From NCBI GenBank assembly GCA_965207885.1, contig OZ242311.1, positions 3,840,001-3,904,000 of the forward strand: DNA of 64,000 bases. Reading direction: 5' to 3'. The stretch comes from Candidatus Latescibacterota bacterium (GTDB taxonomy: Bacteria > Latescibacterota > UBA2968). The translations under genes were made by a program, and so were the position numbers. The notes beneath the pieces are model-generated. The model saw only the letters and a program-made list of their open reading frames with translations, was not told the origin of the DNA and did no database searches. Shown here in pieces: positions 1 to 9,915 of this stretch; position 1 is the first letter of the stretch; each line of letters begins with the position of its first letter.

Positions 1-529
1 AAACATAAGTCGGATTGCCGTATTCATAAGGCGGATAAGCACCATCATTGACCTTCACCACGAGTTGCTGCCGCGTCGGATCGCCCTTCAAATTCCCGGC
101 CTTCACCTGGGAAAAATTATCTGCTGGCAACTTCTTCTCCGCCTGCACCTCGCCCGTTTCCCCGTCAAAAACCGTCAGCACATCCCACACAATTGAAACC
201 ACCTCCGCCTTCCCATCGCCATCCACATCAGCAGTAAGAAAATCATTGCCCCCATGCGCGCAGTACGGATCTGCTCCCCGATGCGGCTCGCCCACCTGCC
301 ACAGCTGATTGCCCTCCTGGTCAATCGCCGTAATACAGAACAAACGCCGTTCCTCGTCCGTATTCCATCCCCGCTCAATATAGAGATCCGACTTCAACTG
401 CCCCGGACTCTGCCGCAACAAAAACTCCTGCTTTCCATCGCCATTCACATCCGCCACAACCATCTGCCCGCCAACACCGTCCACATCCAGTTCCCAAAGC
501 AACCGCGCATCTCTCTGTGCTTCACCCAT
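1..529 (-). CDS. FG-GAP-repeat beta-propeller protein, partial (3' end outside window); paralog of 45866..47173
   Basis: Manual translation from ATG at 529 (SD GGAGG at 536-540): MGEAQRDARLLWELDVDG...ADVNGDGKQEFLL...ADVDGDGKAEVV...DGETGEV. Open to the window edge, so absent from the ORF track. Confidence 0.8.
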   Translation of the reverse strand, partial: MGEAQRDARLLWELDVDGVGGQMVVADVNGDGKQEFLLRQSPGQLKSDLYIERGWNTDEERRLFCITAIDQEGNQLWQVGEPHRGADPYCAHGGNDFLTADVDGDGKAEVVSIVWDVLTVFDGETGEVQAEKKLPADNFSQVKAGNLKGDPTRQQLVVKVNDGAYPPYEYGNPTYV

Positions 530-551
530 ACTCGGCCTCCTGTTAAATACA

Positions 552-2165
552 TCAATTTTCTTCCACAACCACAACGCGATCTATCCCAACATCTTCCAAC
601 ACCTGCACGCGGCCACTCACCCAGCGCACCTCAATTCGATCCACGCGGCGCGCATTGCCCAGCCCAAAATGCAGCCGAAAATCGCTCGCCGACAAATAAC
701 TCGACTGACTCCGAACCTCGCGCACCTGGATCTTTCCCCCCGCGCTCACATGCACCACTGCCCCGATCCCATCCCTATTTGAAAACCCATGGTCCTCTCC
801 CTGCATACCTCCCCCTACCAGTTTTACAACGATCCAATGTCCCAGGTCCCCACCTTCGTTGCGGAACACCCGCGCTCGCTGTCCCGAATGGAGTACCATC
901 AGATCCAGGTCCCCATCCCCATCCAGATCGCCAATCGCCGACCCACGACTCACCCCCGGTACTTCAACGCCCGCATTGACCACCTCAAATCGCCCATCTA
1001 CATTGCGAAATATTTGATCCGTCTGTAAATAGGACTCAGCCCTGGAAAACGCCTGTACATTCGGGAAAATATGCCCATTTGCCACAAACAGATCCAGATC
1101 GCCATCGTTGTCATAATCAAAAAAATGCGTGCCAAATCCCAGAGGCAGCAAAGACACCCCGGCAATTCCGGTTGGCACACTTCCCTCCATAAAAAACCCG
1201 CCCCCCGCACGCTGATAAATAGCATTGGTCTCGTAGGAAAAATTCGTCACAAAAATATCTGATCGCCCATCCCCATCTACATCCCCCACATCAACCCCCA
1301 TCCCCGCCTGCGTCCGACCTTGCGCATTAAACGCCACACCCGCCTCTATTCCCACATTCTCAAACCGCCCATCTGCGTTTCGATACAAAAAATTTGGCGT
1401 CGTATCATTCGCCACATAGAGATCGGTATCCCCGTCCCCATCGTAATCCAGACTCACCACCCCAAGCCCTTTGCCCGAAGAATCCGCCACACCCGCCTCA
1501 AAGGAAATATCCGTAAATAGTCCATTCCCCTCATTCCGATAAAGCAAATCCGGCGCACCCTCAAAATAGCCGGGATCACAATACGTGCGAATTCCCACCC
1601 GCTCGCAATGCGGCTCGGTTTTCACATCATACGTCAAATAGCGCACCACATACAAATCCAGATCGCCATCCCCATCCGCGTCAAAAAAGGTGGCACCAGC
1701 AGACCACCCACCGCCCTCCACACCCGCCTTCTTTTCAGCAAAACCACCACGACCGTCGTTCTGATACAGCACATTGGCATCATAACCCGTCGTATAAAGA
1801 TCGAGATCGCCATCATTGTCGTAATCTCCAACCGTACACCCCATCCCATACCCCACACCCGGCGCACCCGGCACAGCGGAAAATCGAAACCCGCCATCGT
1901 TTCGATAAAGCGCGTTCTCGCCGCCCGCCTGCCCGTGTTCTCCATTGACGAAATACAAATCCAGATCGCCATCCCCATCTGCATCAAAAACCGCACAGCC
2001 CGACCCCATGGTCTCCAAATAATGCCAATTTCCCCTCGCGCCAGTCCGATGCACAAAAGATATACCAGACGCTTCTGTAACCTCCACAAATTGCTCCGCG
2101 GCAACAGAACTCGAACATAAAAGAAAAAAAAGAATACCGATAACTCTAATCACTAATATTCCCAT
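552..2165 (-). CDS. CRTAC1 / ASPIC-UnbV family protein with FG-GAP repeats
   Basis: Signal peptide, many DxDxDGDLDL repeats, C-terminal SNRDGIGA...SYLS...LHFGLG...IEVRW ASPIC/UnbV motif. Confidence 0.92.
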   Translation of the reverse strand: MGILVIRVIGILFFLLCSSSVAAEQFVEVTEASGISFVHRTGARGNWHYLETMGSGCAVFDADGDGDLDLYFVNGEHGQAGGENALYRNDGGFRFSAVPGAPGVGYGMGCTVGDYDNDGDLDLYTTGYDANVLYQNDGRGGFAEKKAGVEGGGWSAGATFFDADGDGDLDLYVVRYLTYDVKTEPHCERVGIRTYCDPGYFEGAPDLLYRNEGNGLFTDISFEAGVADSSGKGLGVVSLDYDGDGDTDLYVANDTTPNFLYRNADGRFENVGIEAGVAFNAQGRTQAGMGVDVGDVDGDGRSDIFVTNFSYETNAIYQRAGGGFFMEGSVPTGIAGVSLLPLGFGTHFFDYDNDGDLDLFVANGHIFPNVQAFSRAESYLQTDQIFRNVDGRFEVVNAGVEVPGVSRGSAIGDLDGDGDLDLMVLHSGQRARVFRNEGGDLGHWIVVKLVGGGMQGEDHGFSNRDGIGAVVHVSAGGKIQVREVRSQSSYLSASDFRLHFGLGNARRVDRIEVRWVSGRVQVLEDVGIDRVVVVEEN

Positions 2166-2191
2166 CCAATTGCGAAAGTACAGTCACACTC

Positions 2192-2219
2192 ATCTGCGTT
2201 TATCTGCGTACATCTGCGG
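2192..2219. repeat. Short tandem repeat (ATCTGCG x3, 10-bp period)
   Basis: atctgcgttt atctgcgtac atctgcgg, overlapping the 3' end of the TPR gene. Confidence 0.55.
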
Positions 2220-3690
2220 ATGCTTTAGCCGCCATTGCCTCTGCCTCTGCTTTCCGCCCTGCCCGACCGTAGAGAACCGACAACTGGAGATACAACTCGC
2301 GCGGATCTTCCGCCCCCCCAATCACCTGATCGTACAACGCCCTTGCCGCGTCCATATCTCCCGCCACCGCATGTGCCACACCCAATCGCACGAGCAATCC
2401 CGCAGAATACGCAACCTGATCTGCCCTAGTCTGATATGTCGAGATACACTTATTCAAATGTCCCGTCTTCGCCTGTGCCTGACTAATCTGATCGTAAATA
2501 TAGAACGCAGCATAGGCAATCGGATCCATCGCCACAATCCGCTCATACCCCTCCACCACATCGCGCGACAACCCATCGGCACACAAAAACATATCTGTCC
2601 TGTGTCTCAATGCCTCGTCAGATACCATGCCCCCATCACCCAGCGCAAAAGCCGCGTCATAAGATCGCCGCGCTCGCTCTACATCCCCCAACGCCTGATA
2701 GGACTGTCCCAAAGCCAGATACACCAGGGGAACCTCCGGACTAAACCGCCACGGCAAATCCGGATCTTCCATCAGAGCGACCGCTTTTCTATAAACCTCT
2801 ATAGCCTTATCGTGATGCCCCAATCTCACAAACCTATCTCCGAAATCCAGCAAATCGGCTATCTTATCAAATCGCACAGGCAACACATACTGGTCTCGAA
2901 CCGCGTGCCGGTGGCGCTCGTCGAAAAACTTAAACGCCTCCCAGGCATGTCGCGCCGATAGAGAATCGCCCGATACCTGATAAGCCTGTGCCAGTCCATA
3001 GTGACCTTTGGGATCTTCAAAATCAATTTTTGTCGCCCGTTTGTACGCAGATATAGCAGACGCATACTTGCCGTGCATCATCATGAGTTGTCCGATCTCC
3101 AAATGCGCCTCTTTGCGATCTGAAAACATGTGGACGGCCTTTTGAAATGCCTCCAGCGCCTCGTCGTGACGCGCTTGCCTGACCAGCGCAAGACCATATC
3201 CGTAAACCGCCAGATCGTCCGTCGGGTCTCGCTCCAAAACAGCCTGAAACGCCGCTTCCGCATCGGAATACGCCCCCGCCAATTCGGCTACAAAACCCAG
3301 ATTTCGGTAAAACATTGTCTCATCGGGTTTTAGCGCGACCGCCTGCTCAAAGGCTTCAATCGCCGGACTGTAATTGCGCTGAAAAAAATACACCACCCCG
3401 AGATCGTTGTGCGCGCCTGCATTCGCTATTTTCAGCTGAATGGCCCGCTGCAAATTCTCCCCGGCCTCTTGCAAGTCGCCCTGCCGCGTCACAATCTGAA
3501 GCCATCCCAAAAATCGGTACGCATCTGCCGCTGTCTGATCGGCTGCTATTACATCCTCGCACCGCACCATTGCCCCGTAATAATTGCCCTTGATAATATC
3601 GACCAGCACCGAGTCCATCTGTGATGGCTCAACATTTGAGACAAACAGCACCCACACCATTAGCCAAAAACCAGATCTTTTCAAAATCAC
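2200..3690 (-). CDS. Tetratricopeptide repeat protein, probably secreted
   Basis: Multiple TPR motifs (AHNDLGVVYF, AIEAFEQAVALKP). Likely GTG start at 3690 after SD GAGGAGG; the ORF-track start at 3738 overlaps the upstream gene. Confidence 0.85.
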   Translation of the reverse strand: MILKRSGFWLMVWVLFVSNVEPSQMDSVLVDIIKGNYYGAMVRCEDVIAADQTAADAYRFLGWLQIVTRQGDLQEAGENLQRAIQLKIANAGAHNDLGVVYFFQRNYSPAIEAFEQAVALKPDETMFYRNLGFVAELAGAYSDAEAAFQAVLERDPTDDLAVYGYGLALVRQARHDEALEAFQKAVHMFSDRKEAHLEIGQLMMMHGKYASAISAYKRATKIDFEDPKGHYGLAQAYQVSGDSLSARHAWEAFKFFDERHRHAVRDQYVLPVRFDKIADLLDFGDRFVRLGHHDKAIEVYRKAVALMEDPDLPWRFSPEVPLVYLALGQSYQALGDVERARRSYDAAFALGDGGMVSDEALRHRTDMFLCADGLSRDVVEGYERIVAMDPIAYAAFYIYDQISQAQAKTGHLNKCISTYQTRADQVAYSAGLLVRLGVAHAVAGDMDAARALYDQVIGGAEDPRELYLQLSVLYGRAGRKAEAEAMAAKASADVRR

Positions 3691-3698
3691 CGACCTCC

Positions 3699-5654
3699 TC
3701 AATACAAATGAATCCAATGTCCCCGTCCCATAAACCACAACACATCCACCGCAAACGACACCCCAACCCCCAGCGAATATCCCGAAAGCAATCCCGTAAA
3801 CAACGGACGATACCGCCGATAAAGCGTCACACCGCCAATTTTCACAATTAAAAACTTACACGCCCAGGCAATAAAAATGGACCACGTCGCTTTCGTAGCG
3901 CGACCGCTTCCACCCACTGCAAATCCAATCGGATGCAATGGCCACCAGGGCAAGCGGTAGCGCAACACCGTCAACAGCGTCATACCCACCACACCAACCC
4001 CAAAAAACATGAGACGAGGAGACGCTGGTCCCTGAGGGCTTTGCATCATGCTCACAGCCCGCGTAAATACGCTATCGCGACCATAGCGAAAGGGAAACCC
4101 CCCAAAATTATATGCGCCCTGTTCATAGCCCCATCCCAGGCTCAAATAAATACACAGGGGAATACCCACCAGCAATGCCAACCCCATGCTCTTTCCCAGT
4201 CGCCTCTGATCGGTACCGGCCAGATCACCCATCTTTGCACTATTGGCCAGAGACGACATAAACATGCCCTTGCCGTGAAAAAACAGCCCCTCTGTAAATG
4301 CCAGCGTTGTAATCGTCCCCCCCGCCATAGACACCGACCCCAAACAATTGGTCACCAATGTCTGCGGACTCACCCCCCATGCCAGATAGAGCAAACCACT
4401 CTCACACACCACCTTTGCCAGCCCCAAACACACCCCGTAGAGCGCGAGCAAAAACAGAACCCCGATGTACCACTCAATCCCGGCCATACACAGCCACAAC
4501 AAACAAAATCCCGACCCCAGAATCACGCCCAATACGGCTGTGCGGTAAGACACCATTTCACCCGAATCATCCACCCCGTACTTCGTATTGATCGCTTTTC
4601 TCACCACATCCCGCAGATGATGCCTCGCTGTCCACAATGCCCACCAGACCAGCGCGAACAACGCTCCCAGATTTTCCCATGCACTCGCCGCACCCGTTCC
4701 CGGTCCCAAATCCAGACCAATGCGGTTGAAAATCCCATTCTGTGCCCAATAAACCAGATAAAAAAACCAGAGACTAAACAACACATCCAGATTCGCAAAA
4801 TAACCAAATCCGATAATGTACAAATTGACCCGGTTGGTCATCGCGGGGAACCCATCGATAAATACCAGATCTTTGCGCCCAAAAAAGTTGATCCGGGGCC
4901 AGGCATCCCAGAAATACCACACAAAATTCCAGGCCAAAAGTCCAAACCCCAAAACAAATCCGACCCAAAACAGCTTATTCCGCATCAGCCCAGACAATAT
5001 CCCCCCAACGCCGTCATCTTCAATCAAATCGGACACCGGTGAAATCAGGGGATAGACCAGACGCTCGTTTTCCACCCATTGCTTTCTCAGCATCACCGCC
5101 ATACACAGCAGCACAAAAGTCAGCACCCCGATCAGACATAGCCACCAGAATAATGGCATAATCCAAGCCGACCACGGCACTGAGCCTGAGGGCAACCCCT
5201 CAAAAAACCACTGCATGGCGCCGCGCTCATTCGAAGGCGCCAACCACGAAGGGATAGTCGGATGCAACAGGGCTTCCCATTGATTCTCTGGCGAGGCAAA
5301 ATAATACGGCGCAGCCAGCACCCCCAGGAAAAATCCCAAAAGACCGCTACCGGGGATATGCGCCCCAATCAATCCCATCACGGCAACAGTCAAAAGCTCT
5401 GAACGCGAAAGCATATACCCTGGATAAATCCATTTCAAAAGCGGGTTCAAACCCAAAACCACAACCACAAACCACATAAAAAAACCCACAGGGAAGTGAC
5501 TCACATTCATAGAAGACGACCGCGCCACCGGCTCGGAAAATGTAATCACCGCGACCTCTGCACAGACCAGCACCAGGCCCAGCAACACAGCGCGGGCGGT
5601 CACGCCCCGGTCGGCTGACTGAATCGCAACAGATGTATCAAAAGCCAGACTCAT
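3699..5654 (-). CDS. DUF6785/DUF6784-type polytopic membrane protein (putative OPT-like transporter)
   Basis: About 650 aa, many TM helices, motifs YFASPEN, RKQWVENERLVYP and WWPLHPIGF. Confidence 0.8.
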   Translation of the reverse strand: MSLAFDTSVAIQSADRGVTARAVLLGLVLVCAEVAVITFSEPVARSSSMNVSHFPVGFFMWFVVVVLGLNPLLKWIYPGYMLSRSELLTVAVMGLIGAHIPGSGLLGFFLGVLAAPYYFASPENQWEALLHPTIPSWLAPSNERGAMQWFFEGLPSGSVPWSAWIMPLFWWLCLIGVLTFVLLCMAVMLRKQWVENERLVYPLISPVSDLIEDDGVGGILSGLMRNKLFWVGFVLGFGLLAWNFVWYFWDAWPRINFFGRKDLVFIDGFPAMTNRVNLYIIGFGYFANLDVLFSLWFFYLVYWAQNGIFNRIGLDLGPGTGAASAWENLGALFALVWWALWTARHHLRDVVRKAINTKYGVDDSGEMVSYRTAVLGVILGSGFCLLWLCMAGIEWYIGVLFLLALYGVCLGLAKVVCESGLLYLAWGVSPQTLVTNCLGSVSMAGGTITTLAFTEGLFFHGKGMFMSSLANSAKMGDLAGTDQRRLGKSMGLALLVGIPLCIYLSLGWGYEQGAYNFGGFPFRYGRDSVFTRAVSMMQSPQGPASPRLMFFGVGVVGMTLLTVLRYRLPWWPLHPIGFAVGGSGRATKATWSIFIAWACKFLIVKIGGVTLYRRYRPLFTGLLSGYSLGVGVSFAVDVLWFMGRGHWIHLY

Positions 5655-6562
5655 TACTCTTTCTCCAGCTTATCCAATTTCCGGCTGAAAACCAATTCAA
5701 TCTCTGCCTTGATATCATCAATAGGCTTTGGATCGCCTGCCATACGCACCTGCGGCAATCCCAAACCGATCTTCATATTGTGAGAAAGCACAAGCCCGCG
5801 GTCGATATCGATCTCCCACTCGGCATTCCCCGATCCCTTGCCATCAATCACAAGCGACAACACCTCAATGTGAAACCAAATTCGGTAATGTACCTCGCGC
5901 TCCTCCTCAATCTCCACTACCCGGTACCCCTTTTGTTTTTTGATCTTTTTTAGCTTATACGCACTATTAAACTGCACGAGCGACGGCTCTAAACCAGCAT
6001 CGAAATCGTAAAACGGCACCTCAATGCGCTGCTCACCCTCCCAGGTATCCCCGACCGACACCGCCCGGTCGGGCAGCACGGGCGCGAGACCGGGCATCCA
6101 GACCTGCCGCAAATCCGTAATCATATCCTTGCGCTTAGCCTTGAAAGCCGAAAAATCGGGACCAAACGCATCCACCTGTCCCCCGGGCGCAATCTCCCAG
6201 GCAAACGAAAGGTCGTTCAACAAATCCAGGGTATAGGGGAATTGCTCATAGGTCAACCGCTCACCCGTCAATATGGCCTGGCTCCCGGCCTTATCTACTC
6301 TGGCAGTCACTTTCACGCTATCGCCCCCTCCGACCACCATTTCTCGGCTCCGCCATTCCCCATACCCCTGCATAGTAAACGAGCCTTCTCTCAAAATCAT
6401 CTCGGCCTTATCGCTAAAATAGTCCAGGCGATACTTGTTCTTATAGCGAGCGATTCGCCCTTCGGGATACTGCAACTTCAACATCACCTGATCGGTAGCA
6501 CAAACCTCCCCTCCCATCACCAGAATCCCTATCGCACATAGAATCCATCTCAAGACCTTCAT
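5654..6562 (-). CDS. Hypothetical secreted beta-rich protein
   Basis: Start MKVLRW after SD GGAGGA; signal peptide; LPDRAVSVGDTW motif. Confidence 0.7.
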   Translation of the reverse strand: MKVLRWILCAIGILVMGGEVCATDQVMLKLQYPEGRIARYKNKYRLDYFSDKAEMILREGSFTMQGYGEWRSREMVVGGGDSVKVTARVDKAGSQAILTGERLTYEQFPYTLDLLNDLSFAWEIAPGGQVDAFGPDFSAFKAKRKDMITDLRQVWMPGLAPVLPDRAVSVGDTWEGEQRIEVPFYDFDAGLEPSLVQFNSAYKLKKIKKQKGYRVVEIEEEREVHYRIWFHIEVLSLVIDGKGSGNAEWEIDIDRGLVLSHNMKIGLGLPQVRMAGDPKPIDDIKAEIELVFSRKLDKLEKE

Positions 6563-6587
6563 AGCATCCTCCTTCCCGATGCCTTCT

Positions 6588-8807
6588 CTATCCACCTTGC
6601 CTCTTTCTTCTTTCCCGGATCAACATTTCCAACTCGCGCACAGCATTCGCATCTCTCGCGATTTGCCGGTATCTATCCAAAGCCGCCTCAGCCTCCACCT
6701 CCCGCCCAGCCTCTGCACAGACCAGTGCCAGATTGTGGTAAGGTACAGCGTAATCGGGGTCGGACTCAATGGCTTTCCGATACCAATAGATTGCCACATC
6801 CAGAGAATCCCGAAGCGTATATGTATCCCCCAGATCGGTATAATCCCGGGCTGTGCCGGGTCGCGTTCTAAACCTCTCCCGAATATCGGCCTCCCACAAC
6901 TCGCAGGCGTGATGCAGAGGTACAACCAGAGTCGAATCCCTTGCCGCTGCTTCCCGCCACATTTTTACCGCCTCCGAGAATTGCCTGTTCCTGACAAACA
7001 CAGTACCAAGTCCCGCATAAGCATCTGCCATTCCGGGCCAGACCTTCAGAGCCTGCCGAAACGCAATCTCCCCGGCCCGGTCATCACCCTGTTGCAATGC
7101 CTCAATGCCCACCTGCACCTGTGCCTCTGGATCATCGGCAAGAAGACCTGTCACTATTGTCCGATATTCCGTCAGAGCTTTGGACAGCTTATTACCCCTA
7201 TCGCCCGATAGATTCACACCCTCCAGCATCGAAGCCGCTCGTATGCGCACCAATCGCGAGGAATCATCCAGCCGCTCGGCTACGGCCTCAATACCCGCAT
7301 CGCTCCCATGCCCCATCAATCCCTCTATCGCCCGGGTGCGTACCATCGGATGTGGATCGCCCAGAGCATCTATCAAAGCCTTTTCAGCCCCCTCATCAGC
7401 CTGCCTGCCCAGCAATACGGCTGCCGAAGCCCGCAACACCATACTCTGGTCTTTCGAAAGCGCGATCAAACCATCCAGAGCCTTTGGATCTCCCATCCGT
7501 CCCAGAACAATTGCTTCAGCCTGAGCCACTTCATCCGCCTGTGAACCCCACCACGTTTTTACCCAACTCGCCGCCCAGTTGGGGGTTTGATCGCTATGGC
7601 ATTCGTTGCACGCATTTGGAATGCCAAACCGAACCGTATTTTCCGGTACCGGCGACAGGATGCGGTGGTCGTATATCCCAATCCGCTTCACCTCTTCTAC
7701 AGGTGGCATATGGCAATCCACACACCCCACCGTCTTGTGATTGCTATGCCTTTCAACAGGCTCTCCCACATCCACCCTGTGACAGTCCAAACACACCCGG
7801 TCATAGGTTGCAGCGCGGGTCTCGCCTTCCCCTCTCACAGGACCCAGATGATGAGAATCGTGACAACCCGCACACGTCAGATGCCCCGCCGTATAACACG
7901 AACTCATCAAAAAAGCCAGCGTGTTGTAGTTCAATTCGCGGTAGCGTCCATCTGCCCAGAACTTCTCGCTGTCCAGCACTTCCAATTCGTAAAAGTCGTA
8001 AAACGGATCGCCCGGCTGATATCCCTCCTTGATAATCCGCTTATGTGCGTGGCACTGCGCGCAGACCTCCACTGACTGCTCCGAACTCAAAAATTGCAAA
8101 TTTACCAGTGTCGTATCCCGCGCTGGCACCTGATCCGGCAACGCTTTCCAGAATGCCACATGTTGGCCTCCAGGTCCGTGGCATGTTTCGCAATTAATAC
8201 TCAAGTCCGTCCAGTGCGTCGCGTAAGTGCCTGTCTCTGGATCGTAATTCTTTTTGATCTGACTCGCGTGACAATCGTGGCATTGGAAGTTCCAGTTCCG
8301 CCCAAAATTCGTCCAGTAATTGACATCGCCCGGCGCAAATCCCTGCGGATGATCGAACAACCCCTCCACCGGATCGAACCACGTCTGTTCTCGAACATCC
8401 CAATAGGCCGGCAGCACCTGAATGCGTCCACCTTCGAGCGTGGTCAAATACCACTGCGTATCCCGATCTCCTATCGCGTACTCGATGGGATAGACCCCCC
8501 GTTTTCCATCCGCACCATCCGTCTCCATAAAATAGGTCCCCTCCCGCACAAACATTCGAGAAGTCATTCCCCTATACGTATATGTATTGTTCTGCCTAAA
8601 ATCTCCCCGCACAGTCTCGACCGAAGGCACTTGCATTGACCGCAGATGCAATGACCCCTGCCATTCTTTATAAGCCTCCAGATGACACGTTGCACACGCC
8701 TCTGCACCCGTATATATCGCTTTGGAAGTCACGGGCTGTGGAGGATCTTCCGCACACCCACATACCATTACTACAAAGAGAAAAGTCCCCGGGATCACTG
8801 CGCGCAT
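6588..8807 (-). CDS. Octaheme c-type cytochrome lipoprotein with HEAT and TPR repeats
   Basis: Eight CxxCH motifs (CATCH, CHDCH, CETCH, CAQCH, CAGCH, CLDCH, CVDCH, CNECH); lipobox-like VCGC; HEAT repeats (ALGDPHPMVRTRAIEGL); C-terminal TPRs. Confidence 0.9.
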   Translation of the reverse strand: MRAVIPGTFLFVVMVCGCAEDPPQPVTSKAIYTGAEACATCHLEAYKEWQGSLHLRSMQVPSVETVRGDFRQNNTYTYRGMTSRMFVREGTYFMETDGADGKRGVYPIEYAIGDRDTQWYLTTLEGGRIQVLPAYWDVREQTWFDPVEGLFDHPQGFAPGDVNYWTNFGRNWNFQCHDCHASQIKKNYDPETGTYATHWTDLSINCETCHGPGGQHVAFWKALPDQVPARDTTLVNLQFLSSEQSVEVCAQCHAHKRIIKEGYQPGDPFYDFYELEVLDSEKFWADGRYRELNYNTLAFLMSSCYTAGHLTCAGCHDSHHLGPVRGEGETRAATYDRVCLDCHRVDVGEPVERHSNHKTVGCVDCHMPPVEEVKRIGIYDHRILSPVPENTVRFGIPNACNECHSDQTPNWAASWVKTWWGSQADEVAQAEAIVLGRMGDPKALDGLIALSKDQSMVLRASAAVLLGRQADEGAEKALIDALGDPHPMVRTRAIEGLMGHGSDAGIEAVAERLDDSSRLVRIRAASMLEGVNLSGDRGNKLSKALTEYRTIVTGLLADDPEAQVQVGIEALQQGDDRAGEIAFRQALKVWPGMADAYAGLGTVFVRNRQFSEAVKMWREAAARDSTLVVPLHHACELWEADIRERFRTRPGTARDYTDLGDTYTLRDSLDVAIYWYRKAIESDPDYAVPYHNLALVCAEAGREVEAEAALDRYRQIARDANAVRELEMLIRERRKRQGG

Positions 8808-8822
8808 CGATCTTCCTCTATT

Positions 8823-9710
8823 CTAAATGGCTCCCAAAAAAGTCTCAGACCATTTCGGCTCGTAATCGCTCTCGAACAGCCAGTCGAAATTCTCGGGCAC
8901 AATATGAGCGCGCTCGGGACGCAACTTCTCTCGTAGCCGCGGAAAAAACGACATCAACCCATCGCGCTGACTCTTCGGCAACCCGCAGGACACGCCCGTA
9001 GCGACCCATGCCGTTAGCATCGCCTTGCGGGGTACCGTATCTTCGTTCTGCCATGCGGAGTGCAATCCCCCGCTGCACAAAATCAAAATCTGACCTCGAC
9101 GCGCAACAGCCGGAACCGGCTCTTGCTCCAGCCACGGCGTATCAACCAGCTCGGGCACATGCTCGGGATAAGCTGCTGCGGTATCCGGCGGCTCTGGGCG
9201 CAACCCGTGGACGCGGGGCAACATCGCCTTGTGCTCTGGCGTCAAAACCCGGCTCCAGTGTTCCATAATCGGGCGATGGCTACCCGGCAGAATGCGCATA
9301 GCTCCCCGATGCTCGGGCACGTCATTGACCCAGAACCACAACTCAGCGCGCATCCGGCGTGGCGTCGCCTGAAAATCCTCCCAGGTCGCCTGGATATCGA
9401 CGTGACATCCATTCCCCCATTGCTCGCGGACGCTCGCAAAAGGTGCGCTACTCGGTGCGCGCTCGTGGGGTGACAATCCCCACCACAAATGCACGGACTC
9501 GGCTCGCAACACCTTCCTGGCGACCTCCTCCAAATAGGGGTGCTGGACGACATCGACATAATCCGGATCTTCATAAGGCGGACGCCCGCTCGCCTTCAAC
9601 CTGTCCCATGCCGCCTCGGCGCGGTCCAGTTCCTCGGTGGTGAAGGGACTGTCAATCGTAACCGCTCCCTCCTCATCGTATTGCCTCATTTGTGCATCGG
9701 TAAACAGCAT
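8823..9710 (-). CDS. Phytanoyl-CoA dioxygenase (PhyH) family Fe(II)/2OG oxygenase
   Basis: TDAQMRQYDEEG start, HVD motif, GAMRILPGSH, distal LHSA. Confidence 0.85.
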   Translation of the reverse strand: MLFTDAQMRQYDEEGAVTIDSPFTTEELDRAEAAWDRLKASGRPPYEDPDYVDVVQHPYLEEVARKVLRAESVHLWWGLSPHERAPSSAPFASVREQWGNGCHVDIQATWEDFQATPRRMRAELWFWVNDVPEHRGAMRILPGSHRPIMEHWSRVLTPEHKAMLPRVHGLRPEPPDTAAAYPEHVPELVDTPWLEQEPVPAVARRGQILILCSGGLHSAWQNEDTVPRKAMLTAWVATGVSCGLPKSQRDGLMSFFPRLREKLRPERAHIVPENFDWLFESDYEPKWSETFLGAI

Positions 9711-9915
9711 AGCGCCCCCATTAGTGTTTCGAATCAAACGATCCCTATCATTAAGTTTATCGCCTCTCAAACCGAAATTCAAGCAAATACCGCGAGCTAT
9801 GCCTTGTGTGAGACAAGCCGATGGCCTATATTTCTATTGGAATGCCCGGAACCCCTTGAACTGCCGGGCGTTCCCGTATATATAGCCCCTCATCTTTTGC
9901 CGGGAGGACAATGCG

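Noticed and set aside
6588-8807. NrfA nitrite reductase or hydroxylamine oxidoreductase
   Set aside because: No CxxCK motif and no nrf/hao partner genes; the HEAT/TPR fusion architecture differs.
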